A stretch of 64,000 nucleotides of DNA, from the NCBI RefSeq assembly GCF_036588685.1, contig NC_086378.1, positions 26,908,001 to 26,972,000 of the forward strand, read 5' to 3'. Made by a program: the position numbers and the translations under genes. The number at the start of each line of letters is the position of its first letter. The first letter of the stretch is position 1. The notes under the pieces are model-generated. The model made no database searches and had not been told where the DNA came from. It worked only from the letters and a program-made list of their open reading frames with translations. Positions 1-13,477 of the stretch are shown here, one piece after another. This stretch comes from Mytilus trossulus. Its lineage: Eukaryota.

Positions 1-362
1 GTCCCCTGAAAGTTTTTAAAATTTGTCATCCAAAAATTATTATTCCAGCTTAGTTGTTTCAACATTTATATTTCATGTGCTCTGTCAAAGGCTTTGATAC
101 TCTCACAAGAACAACATTTAATCTTTTCATACAATATCTGTACTTTTCTTTATTACTCGAATACCAGTCATTTAAATACGTCATAAAATCGATTCCTTCG
201 TTTGATGTTTTATATTGCTTTTTTTTTCTTATTTCAAAACATAGCTTCGAATATTTTCAAAGTGGAACAGACCAATCAACACTAAACACGCATCGTATAA
301 CGTCAGCACATAGTAACCATATACTATTTAAAGCACAAACTTTTGAAGACAATCATATTGGA

Positions 363-3300
363 ATGATTTGTGTACTGGCAAGAATGAATATATCTATCAT
401 ATTTCTATTTATGCACACGATGTTCATTGCTGTAAAAAGTGAATCAAGATTTAGATTGATCTCAGCACATCGTAAACCTGAATATGACAACAAATACGAA
501 GTAGAGAACGCCATCGGAGTCTACAATGTTAGATTTGTAGAATGTACTGTAAAATGTGTATCAAATACGCGTTGTTTATCATTCTTTTACAACAACCTGA
601 CAAGAGTGTGTATTTTACACTCAGATCCATTCACCTATACTGTGATGTCCTTCTCAGAGAAAGGGTGGAAATTTTACCTTTCACAAGAACGTAAGTCTAT
701 ATAAAATGATGAACTAATAACTCTGTATTTTGTCTGTAAACATTGTATTTACAACCACTGGATCCATGCCACGACCGTGGGTATACACAAAGTCACTGTT
801 GACAAAACATTATTTTTTTCAAAATATTAAGGATTTCCTACTCCATTGTTGGGCCCCGCTCTTCAAATTTGTACTTCATTTGACCTTCTTATGTGTCGAT
901 AGTCACGGGGATGGCAATTAAACCAGAATTTAACTAACTTTTGCATGGTGAGGATGATCTCAAATTGGAAAGTTATCCTGTTTCCGCTCCAACGGTAAAT
1001 GTAGTATCTTGCATTCAACCAGCAGTGATATTGGTAAATTAATAGTAAGACTTATTCCTCCCTCTATAAATACAGTTTATTTTCTGAATAAATTAACTTT
1101 TCAAAATTGAGAAGTCATCCCTTGCTACCAGTAAATACACATGTATTATAAAGATGTGGTGTCTGTAATTGCTGGTTTTTAATGATTTCTCAGTTTGGAA
1201 TATTCCGATATATTCGGTTTGGAGTACACATTTATGACATATATGTCGAAATGCTCAGATATAGACAAACATTGCAAATTTTGTAATGCTCCTACTTAGT
1301 TATTGATCAAGCTATCAGGCTGTTTTTAAATAGACAGTATTTTTATTGTTATGTTTTACTGGCTAAGGATTTCGTCTCAAACAACAATATAGCACCTTAA
1401 AATACATGATGTGCGCTTGTCATTATTTGATGTAAAAAAACTTTATTTGGTGACACATGACATTATATAAAGTGCAAATATCCTTATGTGATGTACAAAT
1501 ATTCTAATGTGATGTACAAATATATATAATATGTGCAAGTGTAACTATATTATGTGCAAGTATACTTATATGATGTGCAAATGAACGTATTTAATGTACA
1601 CATATACATATATGATGTGCAAATATAGTTATATGATATGAACATATACTTGTATGATGTGCAAGTATACCTATATGATGTGCACATACATGTATACTTA
1701 TATGATGTACAATTATCCTTATATGATGTGTAAATATACTTATATGATGTACAAATATGCTTATATGACGTGCAAGTATACTTATATGATATGAAAACAT
1801 CTTTATATGATGTGGTTATGTTATTATGGTACGTGAATATAACATAGTATGATGTGGTTCGGATTACTTCATTATACGATGTAAAAACGTTCTATATATA
1901 CTGTGCTTTCATCGGTGTTTGATGATCAATAAATATGATTACGATATGAGCGATTATTCTCTACTTCATAACTGATTACTATCTGATTCGATGGAATTAT
2001 TAAACCCGGCTAAAATCTTTAACTATCGTTTTGAAAATGGATGAGATTTTAAAACAGATAAACCTTGGCATGTTCCTACCGCATTTAAAGATGAAAATAT
2101 CACATCTGATATTGTTGGAAAAATTGTCACAATATGAATTATAAAGTTTAGGTTGAATCGATGGTTCTATCACAAGGAACTCACGGTTAAAGTCATCGAC
2201 TGTGTACTGAGAACGTGGAGTTAAAATAAATGATTTAAACAAGGATATTCTGGGGTTTTTGACTGCCAGCTTCCGAATGTACAATTTATAGAAAAAATAG
2301 GACAGTGTAATTTAACAACAATCAACGTTTCAAACATTTCGAACGAATATAAGATCCTTTCATACAGGAGCTAGTTGAATAATTTTCCTGCTTTGGCGAA
2401 AATATGAAAAAACAGTATTGCAAAAGACAGCTATAACGGTATAATTGTTTCCTCATTCTGAATTGCCGCTGTATCTTAATCCTTCCTATAATATTCAAAT
2501 CACAGTATTTTTTTCGTAAGAAAAGCTATAAAAGTTTCTACACGTGCATACCGGTATTGATGATTGATTGATTGATTGATTGATGTATTGATTGGTGTCT
2601 AATGTCAATTTCAGCACTATCGTGCTATTTTATGGTGGTCAGTTTTTAGTGATCGAGGAAGTCGGAGTGTACAGAGAGAACTTACAATTCTAATAAAATG
2701 ACAATTATAATACAGTTTAGATTAGAGTTTTGAGTACCCGCCACGTGCAGGAGTCGATTTCACAATTTAAGTGTTGACAGGTTAATGATACAGTTGTTCG
2801 ACTTAGACCAATCGGACACTGTGGCTCCTGCAATAGATACATGGATATATTAGATGAACTTTAACTCAGTGCATTTCATTTGCATGCATATTTTTTTTGC
2901 ATGTTTTTGTGCATTTATTTTACAGCTTAAATTAATAATTAGCCCGTTACATAAAATGATTCTTAGAAAGGCTCTCATATATACCCTTCTAGACGCAATG
3001 CATCGATCAGAAACAGGACTAAGGTAGCGACCATTCATCTTGTTTCACCTTTTTTTAGGAGGGGAAAGACATTATTGTTTCCAGATCTGTTCTTATTTGG
3101 AGACAGTTTCATCTTTAAGAAGTTGATACACAAATTAAAATTATGTTCATTCTTTTGTAAAATTTGCCTTATTTTTTCTCAAGATATCATTAGAGAAAGA
3201 CGCAAACATGAACATACATCTGACATTGGAAGTGTAATGACTGCTTTTAGGAACAGGTCAGTTGTAACCTGAAAAAAAGGGGGGATAAAAGAAAAAGGGG

Positions 3301-6300
3301 ATATCCAATTTTTGATACAAACGCAACCATGTTAGGCCTTTTAGGAATGGTATGGCGATTTCGTCGTCGTCGTCCAAAGACATTTGGTTTCCAGACAAGA
3401 ACTTGAGTATAATTGTATGGATCTCTATCAAATTGTTCCAAAAGGTTCCATATCACAAAAGAAATTTTGGGATTGATTTTGACTGTTATTGCCTTAAATT
3501 GCTTTGGAATTAGAGGCAAAAAACAATACTTTTCTAATACTTTGTAAACATTGCTTATTTTTTGACCTATTGCCATGGGTTTTGATTTACAGTGACCTTA
3601 ATTCTTATGAGTTTTATATGTGTGAAATCTCACTGTATATTTATATTTTAAATTTGGGTCCCGTTTTAAAAGTGGCCTACATTAAATCCCGACCGGTCCA
3701 CAATTAAATTTTGTTTGAATCCAACAAAAAAATAATTATTGGGGTTTCTTTGATATGCTGAATCTAACCGTGTATTTATATTTTTGATTTTGGGCTCGGC
3801 TTTCATGTTGGTCAATATTCAGGTCCAAAGGGTCCAAAGTTAAACTCAGTTTGATTTTTAAAACAAATCTAATTATTGGAGTTCTTTGATGTGCTTTGCA
3901 ACTTGTGCTGTGTACATTTTTATTGTGATACAAGTGGTGAACATTAGCTGCATACATTTTTACCGTGATATCGTGTTGATTCTTATTACCGCAATTGTGA
4001 TGTGTACATAATATTTTTAACTTATTATCGTCGTAATATTTTAAGACTTTTAAAATATTTCTTTTAGTCGTACATATTTTTAATGTAAATATAAAGATAT
4101 CCGCAATCTCGGTGTGTAAATTAAATTGCTCATCCGATAATAAGTGGAGTGCTCCGATTAAACGGAGGTGAATACCTGTACAGAACAGAACAGAACAGCT
4201 GAATCTCAACGTGTATTTAAATTTTTTTTAGCCCAGTGTTTAGTTGGTTCAAAATCAGGGTCTAAAATTAAATTTTGTTTGACAAAATGAAATATTTTGG
4301 GATCTTTGATATGCCGAATCCGACCGTGTATTGAGATTTTGAATCTTGGGTCCCGTTGTCAAATTAGTCCACATTGAGATCCAAAAGGTCTAAAATAAAA
4401 AAAAATGTTTGATTTCATAAAAACCAGAATGATTACCTTGGGTTCCTCGATATGCTGAATCTAACCATATATTCAGATTCTGAATATTGAACCTTTTTAC
4501 ATGTAATAGGTAAATTTTCAATTTTTTAAAAGATCTTAAACCACATTCATTCCGTGTCAGAAACCAATGCGGTGTCAAATATTTCATCACAATTCAAATT
4601 CAGAGCTGTGTCAAGCTTGAATGAAGTGTCCATACTTGCCCTTACTATTCAGGGTTCGACCTTTGCGGTCGTATCAAGCTGTACTCTGTAGAACAATTAA
4701 TTCATACTTCAAGTAGTGGGGGCATTAACATTTGTTTACAAAATTTAGGCAATTCTGTATTTCAGTCATGGCGTTGTCAGTTTATTTACGACTTTGAATG
4801 TTCCCTTAGTATATATCACCTCCCTTTTTCTTACATGCTTCATAGTAGTTTCTTCTAATAGATAATTTTATTATCTATATTTGGCTTGTATTACATACCC
4901 TCATTGGTTTAGATAGGATTGCTGCCTACAAGGGAGTTATCAAACCAATATATTCTGTTTGTTAAGTTGAAATCATACATTCGAAAATTTCTTGGACGCC
5001 ATCAAAGTAAGATGACCGTTATGGAAAATCTCTTTCACAGACGACGACGTGTATATTCCAGTTTTCGAAACTAAAACACTGTCCTCTTTTCCTCAAATGT
5101 GACCTACCGAATTAAGACTTTTCACCGGATTTTTACTCCCATGAGCAAGTTGATAGGAGCAAAAGTTGAGCAGGATATGCTCACCTTTCAAGGAATACCT
5201 GATACAACCCCCAGTTTTCGGGGGGGGGGGGGGGGGGGGGTGTTGCTCAGTGTTAAGTTTTCTATGTTGTGTTTTGTATATATTAGCCTTTTCTGTCATT
5301 TTTTCAGTTTTTGTTTTGCCACAGTTTGTCAGTTTGTTTTATCCCTTGGTATCTTTCACCTTTTTTTTTGTTGATGATATGAAATTTAGTTAACTTTTAT
5401 CATAATTCATCAAGGATTATAAAATCTACATATTCTCAGTTGGCGTTTCAGGAAAAAGAACTTCACGAACTTAAAATAATAGACAAGTACATTGAATGCA
5501 TAATTTGTGTTCTTCTGAAAGATGTACAGTACATGTCTTTAACCTTAGTTATATAAACAAATACGAAAAATCTTGTTACTAATTTATAAGGTTGAAATAT
5601 CCCAAATGAAAAGCAAATGGTGAAGTAGATTTATAAAACAATAGTTTTGATACCTTTATTCTGTTGTGTACTGTATAGCTTTGTCTCAGTTATTTCACTT
5701 GATAGATAGAAACAATGTTCTAATACCTTTTTCATGTTGTGTTATGTATAGCCCTGTCTCAATTATTTCACTTGATAGATAGTAACAATGTTCTTATACC
5801 TTTATCATGTTGTGTTATGTATAGCCCTGTCTCAGTTATTTCACTTGATAGATAGTAACAATGTTATGCAACTCATAACTATCTTCAAATTCGCATTGCA
5901 GCCACTGGACAGGAAAACAAAATTAACAGCTTTGCTAATTTATAAGGTTGAAATATCCCAAATGAAAAGCAAATGGTGAAGTAGATTAATAAAACAATAG
6001 TTTTGATACCTTTATTCTGTTGTGTACTGTATAGCTTTTTCTCAGTTATTTCACTTGATAGATAGAAACAATGTTCTAATACCTTTTTCATGTTGTGTTA
6101 TGTATAGCCCTGTCTCAATTATTTCACTTGATAGATAGTAACAATGTTCTAATACCTTTATCATGTTGTGTTATGTATAGCCCTGTCTCAGTTATTTCAC
6201 TTGATAGATAGTAACAATGTTATGCAACTCATAACTATCTTCAAATTCGCATTGCAGCCACTGGACAGGAAAACAAAATTAACAGCTTTGTTTGAAATTC

Positions 6301-8287
6301 TGAAATATTCAAGGAGTATGACATTTCACACAATTCTATGTCCAGGCAGAAATATAATTGTAACTCGGGTACCTCTGATTGTTGAGTGGTACACCATTTA
6401 ATCTATGCTCACGTTAACAGTCAGAACAATATTGTTTTTAACTTACTCTATAAGATAAAATTTATCTTGTTTTAAGATTGGAATAGTTATCAAAAGTACC
6501 AGGATTATAATTTTATACGCCAGACGCGCGTTTCGTCTACATAAGACTCATCAGTGACGCTCAGATCAAAATAGTTAAAAAAGCCAAATAAATACAAGGT
6601 TGAAGAACATTGAGGACCCAAAATTCAAAAAAGTTGTGCCAAAAACGGCTAAGGTAATCTACATATATCACGTTGGAACCTGTTTAAAACATTTATCATT
6701 TAAATATCCGTCAATAGTTTTTTTATCTTAAAATTGTTGTGACCTTATCAAATTTGCTCTTGTAAATAATCTTTCTACAAAACAATCTGTAGTTTTGTGG
6801 CTTTGTTGATGAACATCCCGCATATTCCTCTATTCTTGTTAATTTATTGAACATTTTTAACTACGGAACTATTTCAGCTCTAAGTATTTTGTTCCATGAT
6901 AAGATAACTACCGTTGATTAATATTTTGCCAGGTTATGGTCGCTGTTTGGTCGACTTCTTCTACTACAGAGAACTGGACTTGTGTTATAAATTAGAACCT
7001 ACTATTCAAATATCCGTTGTTCATGAAGATTTTGTGTGTCCAGGAAGTGAGCTCATGCGTATCGATTCCAATGAAAGACAAGATTATATCAAGCTTGTTA
7101 CAGGTAATCAAAGTAAATACAATTGAGAATGAAATAAAAAAAAATATGAAAACTACACGTTATATATTGTAATACGTCCAAAGCGCTATTCTAAATTTAC
7201 CTTCATCAGGAACGCTCACAGCCGAATATTTGAAAGCCAAGGGTTAACAATACCGAAAAGTAACGTAATATATGTAAGTACTAAATCATTATATTTTATT
7301 TTTACTTTGCTAATATGCAAAGTTATAGTTATGAAAAAAATGCAATAAGATTGCAGTTTCTTTTAATAGTGATGAAAATAGAAAGAAAAACATATTTCTT
7401 TATTCAAAAAAAGAATCATTAGATTTCCAAAATGATTCGGTTTCAATCATTTGCAATCAGACGCTTAAAACTAATTTTTGTTTTCATTACATTGAAAAAG
7501 ATAATATATCAGTAGTTCCTTTCCCATGATGTTTAAATCAGACATCTCAGATACTCCTCAGCCACATTTATCTTATATACATAATAATTAGTGCCTCATA
7601 CTCGAGTTTTCCTGGATGCTACTAAGTCTTTATGATTATCTTTTGAATCAATTGTCTTCGACTTTGGTACAATTCATTGTTTGGAAATCTATTTTGATTA
7701 TTTATACGTCGGAGAACAGGCTTCTTCCGGACGATATTAAATTAAGAATGTATAAATCACGATAGGGTAAGTGCTTTGGTTTAAGATACTTTTTTTGGCA
7801 GCTGTGTGAAAGTTCAAGTCCACGGCGGCAATTATTATACTGCAATTTTAACGAAAAACGGTTTCTTCTCCTTCAAATCAACAGAGACCGGAGCTCGGAC
7901 TATGTACCATGGTGCTTCTGCGGTTAGGAAAGTTTGGAACACTTATTTTTACATGCATCAACTAAGTTGAGTCCTTCATGGATTATACAATAATTCCTGG
8001 AGGATTTCTTTCCCTTATTTTATAATTATTACAGGCAAACATTTATTTCAGCTGACATCGGAAGAGTGTACAGTCATGGAATATGTATACAAGGTAAAAA
8101 GTCACAAGGAAAATGGACGTACAACGATGGATCTACAATGGAGTATTTCAGGTGGGACCAAAATCAACCAAGTGAATATTCTAACGTTATCGCCATGATT
8201 CGGAACCAGAACTACAAATGGAGGAATCCTACTCGTGTTAGCGACCCATGTACATATATGTGTGAATATCGATCACTGAATAATTGA
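363..8287 (+). CDS. Secreted PAN/Apple-domain + C-type lectin-domain protein, 3 coding exons (363-690, 6933-7103, 8052-8287), ~244 aa
   Basis: Exon 1 has a hydrophobic signal-like N-terminus and the PAN pattern ECTVKCVSNTRCLSFFYN...CILH. Exons 2-3 encode a CTLD (CYK...C...LMRIDS..Q; WTYNDG...FRWDQNQP...W...YMCE). Both introns are GT-AG and phase 1, and the exons total 735 nt in frame. An alternative start Met at 384 is possible. Confidence 0.85.
1455..1860. repeat. Degenerate ~21-bp minisatellite (atatacttatatgatgtgcaa-like)
   Basis: Recurring tatatgatgt(a/g)caa units are visible; they explain the His/Ile-rich ORF 1591-1800. Confidence 0.85.
2557..2830 (-). mobile_element. tRNA-derived SINE copy with (ttga)n tail
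   Basis: Similar to 30945-31118, with a degenerate tRNA-like head at the right end and a (ttga)n microsatellite at 2557-2595. Confidence 0.55.
3310..4700 (+). mobile_element. Helentron-type non-autonomous element (HINE-like) with internal core repeats and a ~300-bp nested insertion (~3897-4197)
   Basis: Subterminal IR gatacaaacgca / tgcggtcgtatc, (cgt)n microsatellite near the 5' end, and repeated gatatgctgaatctaacc cores at ~3752, ~4309 and ~4449. Confidence 0.6.
5578..6290. repeat. Direct tandem duplication of ~356 bp with ~59-bp internal subrepeats
   Basis: taatttataaggttgaaatatccc...aaattaacagctttg occurs twice; ORFs 5788 and 6168 share identical peptides. Confidence 0.9.
6517..6560 (-). 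ncRNA. Minimal type I hammerhead ribozyme with intact core, within a dispersed repeat copy (6480-6662)
   Basis: Reverse complement reads gcgtca-CTGATGA-gtc ttatgta gac-GAAA-cgcgcg-TC-tggcgt: stem I, core, stem II, palindromic stem III and a GUC cleavage triplet. Confidence 0.85.
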
Positions 8288-9236
8288 GTTGCTGACGCTA
8301 TTCAAGATAAAAAAAAACTACTTTTCTTTTTAATACTAACCAAAAAAAATGATTTAGAATATACTAATGTGTATAATTTGTCTATAAAATACTATTTATA
8401 TACTAAAACAATCAAGCTCGTATCGTTGGTATATCTTCTACTTGTACGAGCGCACACCACAAGATTACAGACGTTTATATCTGAATGCTACTGCTATTAA
8501 GTCATTCATGCAAGCCATAAGTTTGTTTGAGATTTTTACACTGGTGCAGGCCATTTTGTAGTTTACGCCCTAAAAGAACAAATTATATGTAAAACTAAAA
8601 AATTCAAATAAGTCTATGGTTTGCGTACATTATCTTTTAAATAATCTTCAGAAAATAATGTGTTAAGTTTTTATGATTTCTACAAACATTGCAATTTTTA
8701 ATTTACGATTTATTTTCTCTGGCTCCAATTTACTGTCTAATCAACAGTTGGCGTAACGTGACTCAAAAGTAAGCCACCATGCTTACTTGTTCATATCCAT
8801 CATTGTGCGAATATTGCAATAGAACAACAACAAGAAAGAAAAAAAACCACGTAGATCAAAACTTCATGTTTTGCAATGACGTTAATCCATATCCAACTAT
8901 GTTAGACATCACATGAGTTTGATAACGTAGTCCCCTGATATCTTTTAAATTAGAAAATTTGTCAAATAAAAATTGCATTGGTTCTTCAATAAACCCTTAT
9001 GCTTTGTTTGCTAGCATTTTCTGATATGTTCTTTTTGTTATTACATATATCTTTCTCAACATGTTGAACCTGATAGTTTTATTTCAGATGAAATAAAGTC
9101 CCTGATCAATTATAAATAATGCTGTCTTCTCCACTTCTGCCCATTGACTGTATTGTAAAAATAACAAGTGTTAGCCTTCTTATACATTAATTTAACAAAT
9201 TCATTAAAAAAGTATAAATTTGCTACTATATTGAAT

Positions 9237-9874
9237 TTGTTACATTGGAGACTAAAAGCCGGAATGCATAGTTGGGTAAGGACCTGTGTAATTACGAATG
9301 TAACAATAATTACTGAGGCTACGATTACATTACATTATTGTTACATGAAAAAACAGCAATGTACGATGGGACTAGTAATATGTACTAAATAATAAAAGTT
9401 GAAGACATTTATTTTATATTTACAATACATACATTATTACATACAATTTATTTACCTTAATTTTTTATTCACAATGAAAATTTTTACAAATCCAGTAAAT
9501 ATTTTTTAAAGTCCGACACATTTTTGATGAACGAAATTACGTCCTCCACGGATACAGAAGTTCTAAAGTATTTAAGTTACATTCAGCAAACTTTGCCATT
9601 AATACGTAAAACTATTCAAGTTGAACATTATTTGTTGAATAATAATATTTATAATTTATCAGTATTACAAGTATTGTTTAGTACATATGAAAGAATTAAG
9701 CAATACAACAATACAACTATAGAAGATATAAGTTTAATAAAATTAGCATACATTGTTGTTTTTCATGTAACAAGAACGTAATGTAACCGTAGCCTCAGTA
9801 TTTATTGTTACATTCGTAATTAATCGGTTCCTCGCCCAACTTTGCATTCCGGCAATTAGTCTCCAATGTAACAA
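9237..9874. mobile_element. MITE-like element with ~100-bp terminal inverted repeats
   Basis: 9237-9333 (ttgttacattggagact...tacattac) is an imperfect reverse complement of 9778-9874. Confidence 0.7.
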
Positions 9875-12800
9875 TAATATTTTTATTATTGTTACATTTC
9901 CATGTAACCGTAGCCAGTGCCAATATTAATACTAATAAGTACTAATAGTGATGTAAGAAAAACACCGCTATGATATTTTAAATGTATCGCATTGATATTA
10001 GAAATAATAGCATTTTTATATTTATGTATATAAGAAAAAACAGCAATTCAAATTTTACACGGACATAAACGTTTGCTTCTAACTAACTTCTGAATGTATA
10101 TTTAGACTCAATTGTTGTTTATATTTGAACAATAAGTTTTAAAGTTAGTATTTTCTTAATTTTTCTTTGCCGAAAACAACATTTCCCGCATGTAATGTCC
10201 GCATCTTTACTATTGATATTAATTTAGACAATATCGCTATGTGATATAAGACAAGTTGCTTTCTTTGAAGAAAAAAAGAAAAGCGATACATGAACCTTAG
10301 ACCGCTGACTGCCGGGTCACCAAATTTAAAGATGGTTGCTGAATTTGTGTTTGCTTTTAAATTCAAATAACTGATTGTGAATAGAAGAAGCCAATTGAAA
10401 GTATATATTTACAGCTTCTATTTGAATAATTATTTCAAAGCTCTACTAGTTTATTTATTACTTTGGAATGTACATATTTTTTCCGATTATAACCCTTTGG
10501 CAAATCATAATTTTTACTAACCGGATGACTAATGCACAAAACTATCGCAATATAAGTTTATGCGCTTAGTTTGCTTTATAATCTGGAATACTGGATGCAT
10601 TTATTTTATCTATCATATCTTTATATTTTGTTTCCTACATGAATGTCTTTATATTCTCAACTCGTATTTGAAGTTGTCTTTACTCATGGAAGATGGTGTA
10701 TGCCGTGGACCTGTGGCATGCAATGGATTGATTGGGACCTCATATGAAGAGACTCATTTTGGTCTCATAAAAGATCTCAAATTTTAATGATTTCCTGATT
10801 TTACTTAAATCAATTCAAACATTCTACAGGGAAACTCAGTTTTGCCGAAGAATTTCTTAATTCAGAAGTTTATGAATACCTGTGTATGCACACTTTCAAA
10901 ATAACCAATTGCTATATAAAAAAAAACGTATGCAAATTTAAAAAGATACCAGAATTAAAATGATGTACGCCAGACACGAGTCAAGTCTACAAAAAGCATC
11001 AGTGACGCTCGAATAAAAAAAGTTAAAAGGCTAAATATATTACAAAGTTAAGGAACCTATTCCTTGGGTAGACACTCCTTAGCTTTTCGAAAAGGTCAAA
11101 GTTTATAAATTTAATAGTATTGCATGCAAGTAGTATTTTAGCGCACACAATAGTACATAGAAAGCATCTCACTGATACTCATGAAAAAAATACGCATTTG
11201 CATCATCACATATCTCAATCTAATAGTTGAATTCGAATGTCAAACGGCCTATATTTAATGTTTTGACTCCGGATTGACATTTTATCCGGCATTTTTAGAA
11301 AGCAAACCTATAGTTTGCTTTTGAAATGTGATCTATAATGTGAATGAATCAAGAGGTGTAGGATAGCTGGTCAACACAATGAATACAATTTTCAAAATCG
11401 TACCATAGTACAAATATGACTACTAAATCAAAATTAAAAAATAAAAAAAAATATAGTAAACTAACGTTTTTGTTAGTGTTTTTTTTCAAATATAATATCA
11501 AAAACACGAACGTCAAGTATTAATTTAACGGATATACATTTTATTCATCGAATAAATCTATTTAAGTTCTTACATTCCATTAAGCGAATATACATTACTA
11601 TACAAAATATAAGCAAAGACTTCTAAATCCATACTAAAACAGTATAAAATAATTAACATTATGGCTGTAATTTAGTTTTGTTGTGATTGTCAATTATTTT
11701 TACGGTTGTTGTGAGCTGCAAGGATTTAAATTATGCTTTATGAATTCACGACCGTTTAAAATATAAATAATTAATAAATGTATCTTACTTTCCGTTTTAT
11801 GGATATATTACAATACACAAAAAAAAAAATTATTACTCACAAAACCTAAATACTACAATTGTATGAAATATTAACGTAGAAATATAATGATTATTGTTTA
11901 TAAACATTTTTTGTAGTATGCAATAATTTATTAAGATTTAATTTTTAATATGTTTCCTTTACAAATGAATATTTAAAAATACCAAAGCAGAATATCTTGT
12001 CATATAAAATACTTATTTCTTAATTGCAACTCTGAAAATATTCTGATTTCAATCATTGTTAGTTTCTTCAGAAACATAAATACAGTATATATATTTTGTA
12101 TATATTTCTTTGATTCCGATTGAATTAAATACTTTTGATAAGAGTATTATCTTTCTGTTTTCCGATCTTATATTAATATTTTAACCAGAATGTTCTCTCC
12201 CGTATTAAAGTCTATGATGAAATACACAGTATCCCATGGTTAAATCTTCAAACATAATTAGTTTACATGTTCTCGAGACAACAGACAATACTACGTTATA
12301 ATTGACCCAGATACACATAGTGTTCAGTGGTCGTTTTAAAACAAATATAATTGCGTCGACAAGGACCATCAAGGCACGACAAAGACTCTCATATGACATT
12401 GAAAACAAATGTTCAAAAATTAGTGTTTCTTTGGTGTTGGTGGGAAATGCAAAACAGCCAACAGCTGAGTTCAACATTTACATTAAATTGGATTGTTTGT
12501 TTTGTTAACGATTAGATGAAGTGAAATGAACTATAAACCAATCATACAGCAATATTTCTTTGAATGTAATCATATTTAAAAGTCCATTAATATAACTCTA
12601 AAAAAGAAGGTCCAATTATCGAATTCTCAAATTGACTTTCTCTTGTACAACTTCAGTGATTGAAACCTAATTTGCCGGATATATTTTTGATGAAGATCAT
12701 TTCAGAATTGTTGTTACTTTGACAATGTTTGGTGCGATCAAACATTTAAAATGACACCCATTCTATAGGATTAGCCCACAAGTCTCCTTGGAAAATAAAT

Positions 12801-12976
12801 ATAACAAGACAGGGTGGTTTTTCAGTTGACGCTAGTAATATTGAGGCAGTGGGTAGCTTGCAGTTTTGTATAACCCAAGGCTCCTTGTTGAAGGTCGTAC
12901 TACGACCTATAACTGTTAATGTTTCATACACTGTGAAATTGATTGAGAGCTGTCATATTGGCACTCATGATACGAC

Positions 12977-13134
12977 CAGTGGCGGATCTAGAAATTTCCA
13001 TAAGTGGGGACCCACTGACTGACATAAGAGGGGGCCCTCTGCAGTCACGCTTCAGTTATTCCCTATATAAGCAACCAAATTTTTCCCCAAAAAGGGGGGA
13101 CGGGCCCCCTGCCCCTCCCCTAAATCCGCCTCTG
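12977..13134. mobile_element. Short hAT-like MITE (CAGTGGCGGAT...ATCCGCCTCTG) with 5-bp TSD ACGAC
   Basis: TIRs are visible and ACGAC flanks both ends. Related termini occur at ~26175-26187 and 35080-35138. Confidence 0.75.
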
Positions 13135-13477
13135 ACGACATCTTTTTATTTATCATGGCTAATTAAGATAAAGTATCGACTATTTTCAGGCTAATTCTTG
13201 TTGTTTATTCGAATGAGCTTGATTAATAAAATTGTGTATGTACCTTATAAAATGTATAAATTGTTTCACCAATTCTTCCTAATTCAACCATGGCAATTAT
13301 ATGAAACTTCACAGAATGATTTGAACATATCTATATATGTAGACTGAGCATTGCTATAATGGAATTGATTTTCAGCGATTTTCCCCTATATTTTATAATG
13401 ACAATTCTAATATCAAATCAAGGCAACAATTTATGTGTTTTTGCTGTGTTGATATAAGAATGACGTCCAAAACTTAG

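Noticed and set aside
54-362. N-terminal extension of the lectin ORF
   Set aside because: Non-ATG start upstream of a signal-peptide-like segment; likely UTR or promoter.
5093-5393. Poly-Gly/poly-Pro ORFs
   Set aside because: They arise from a G homopolymer within a dispersed repeat (related copy near 16370-16460).
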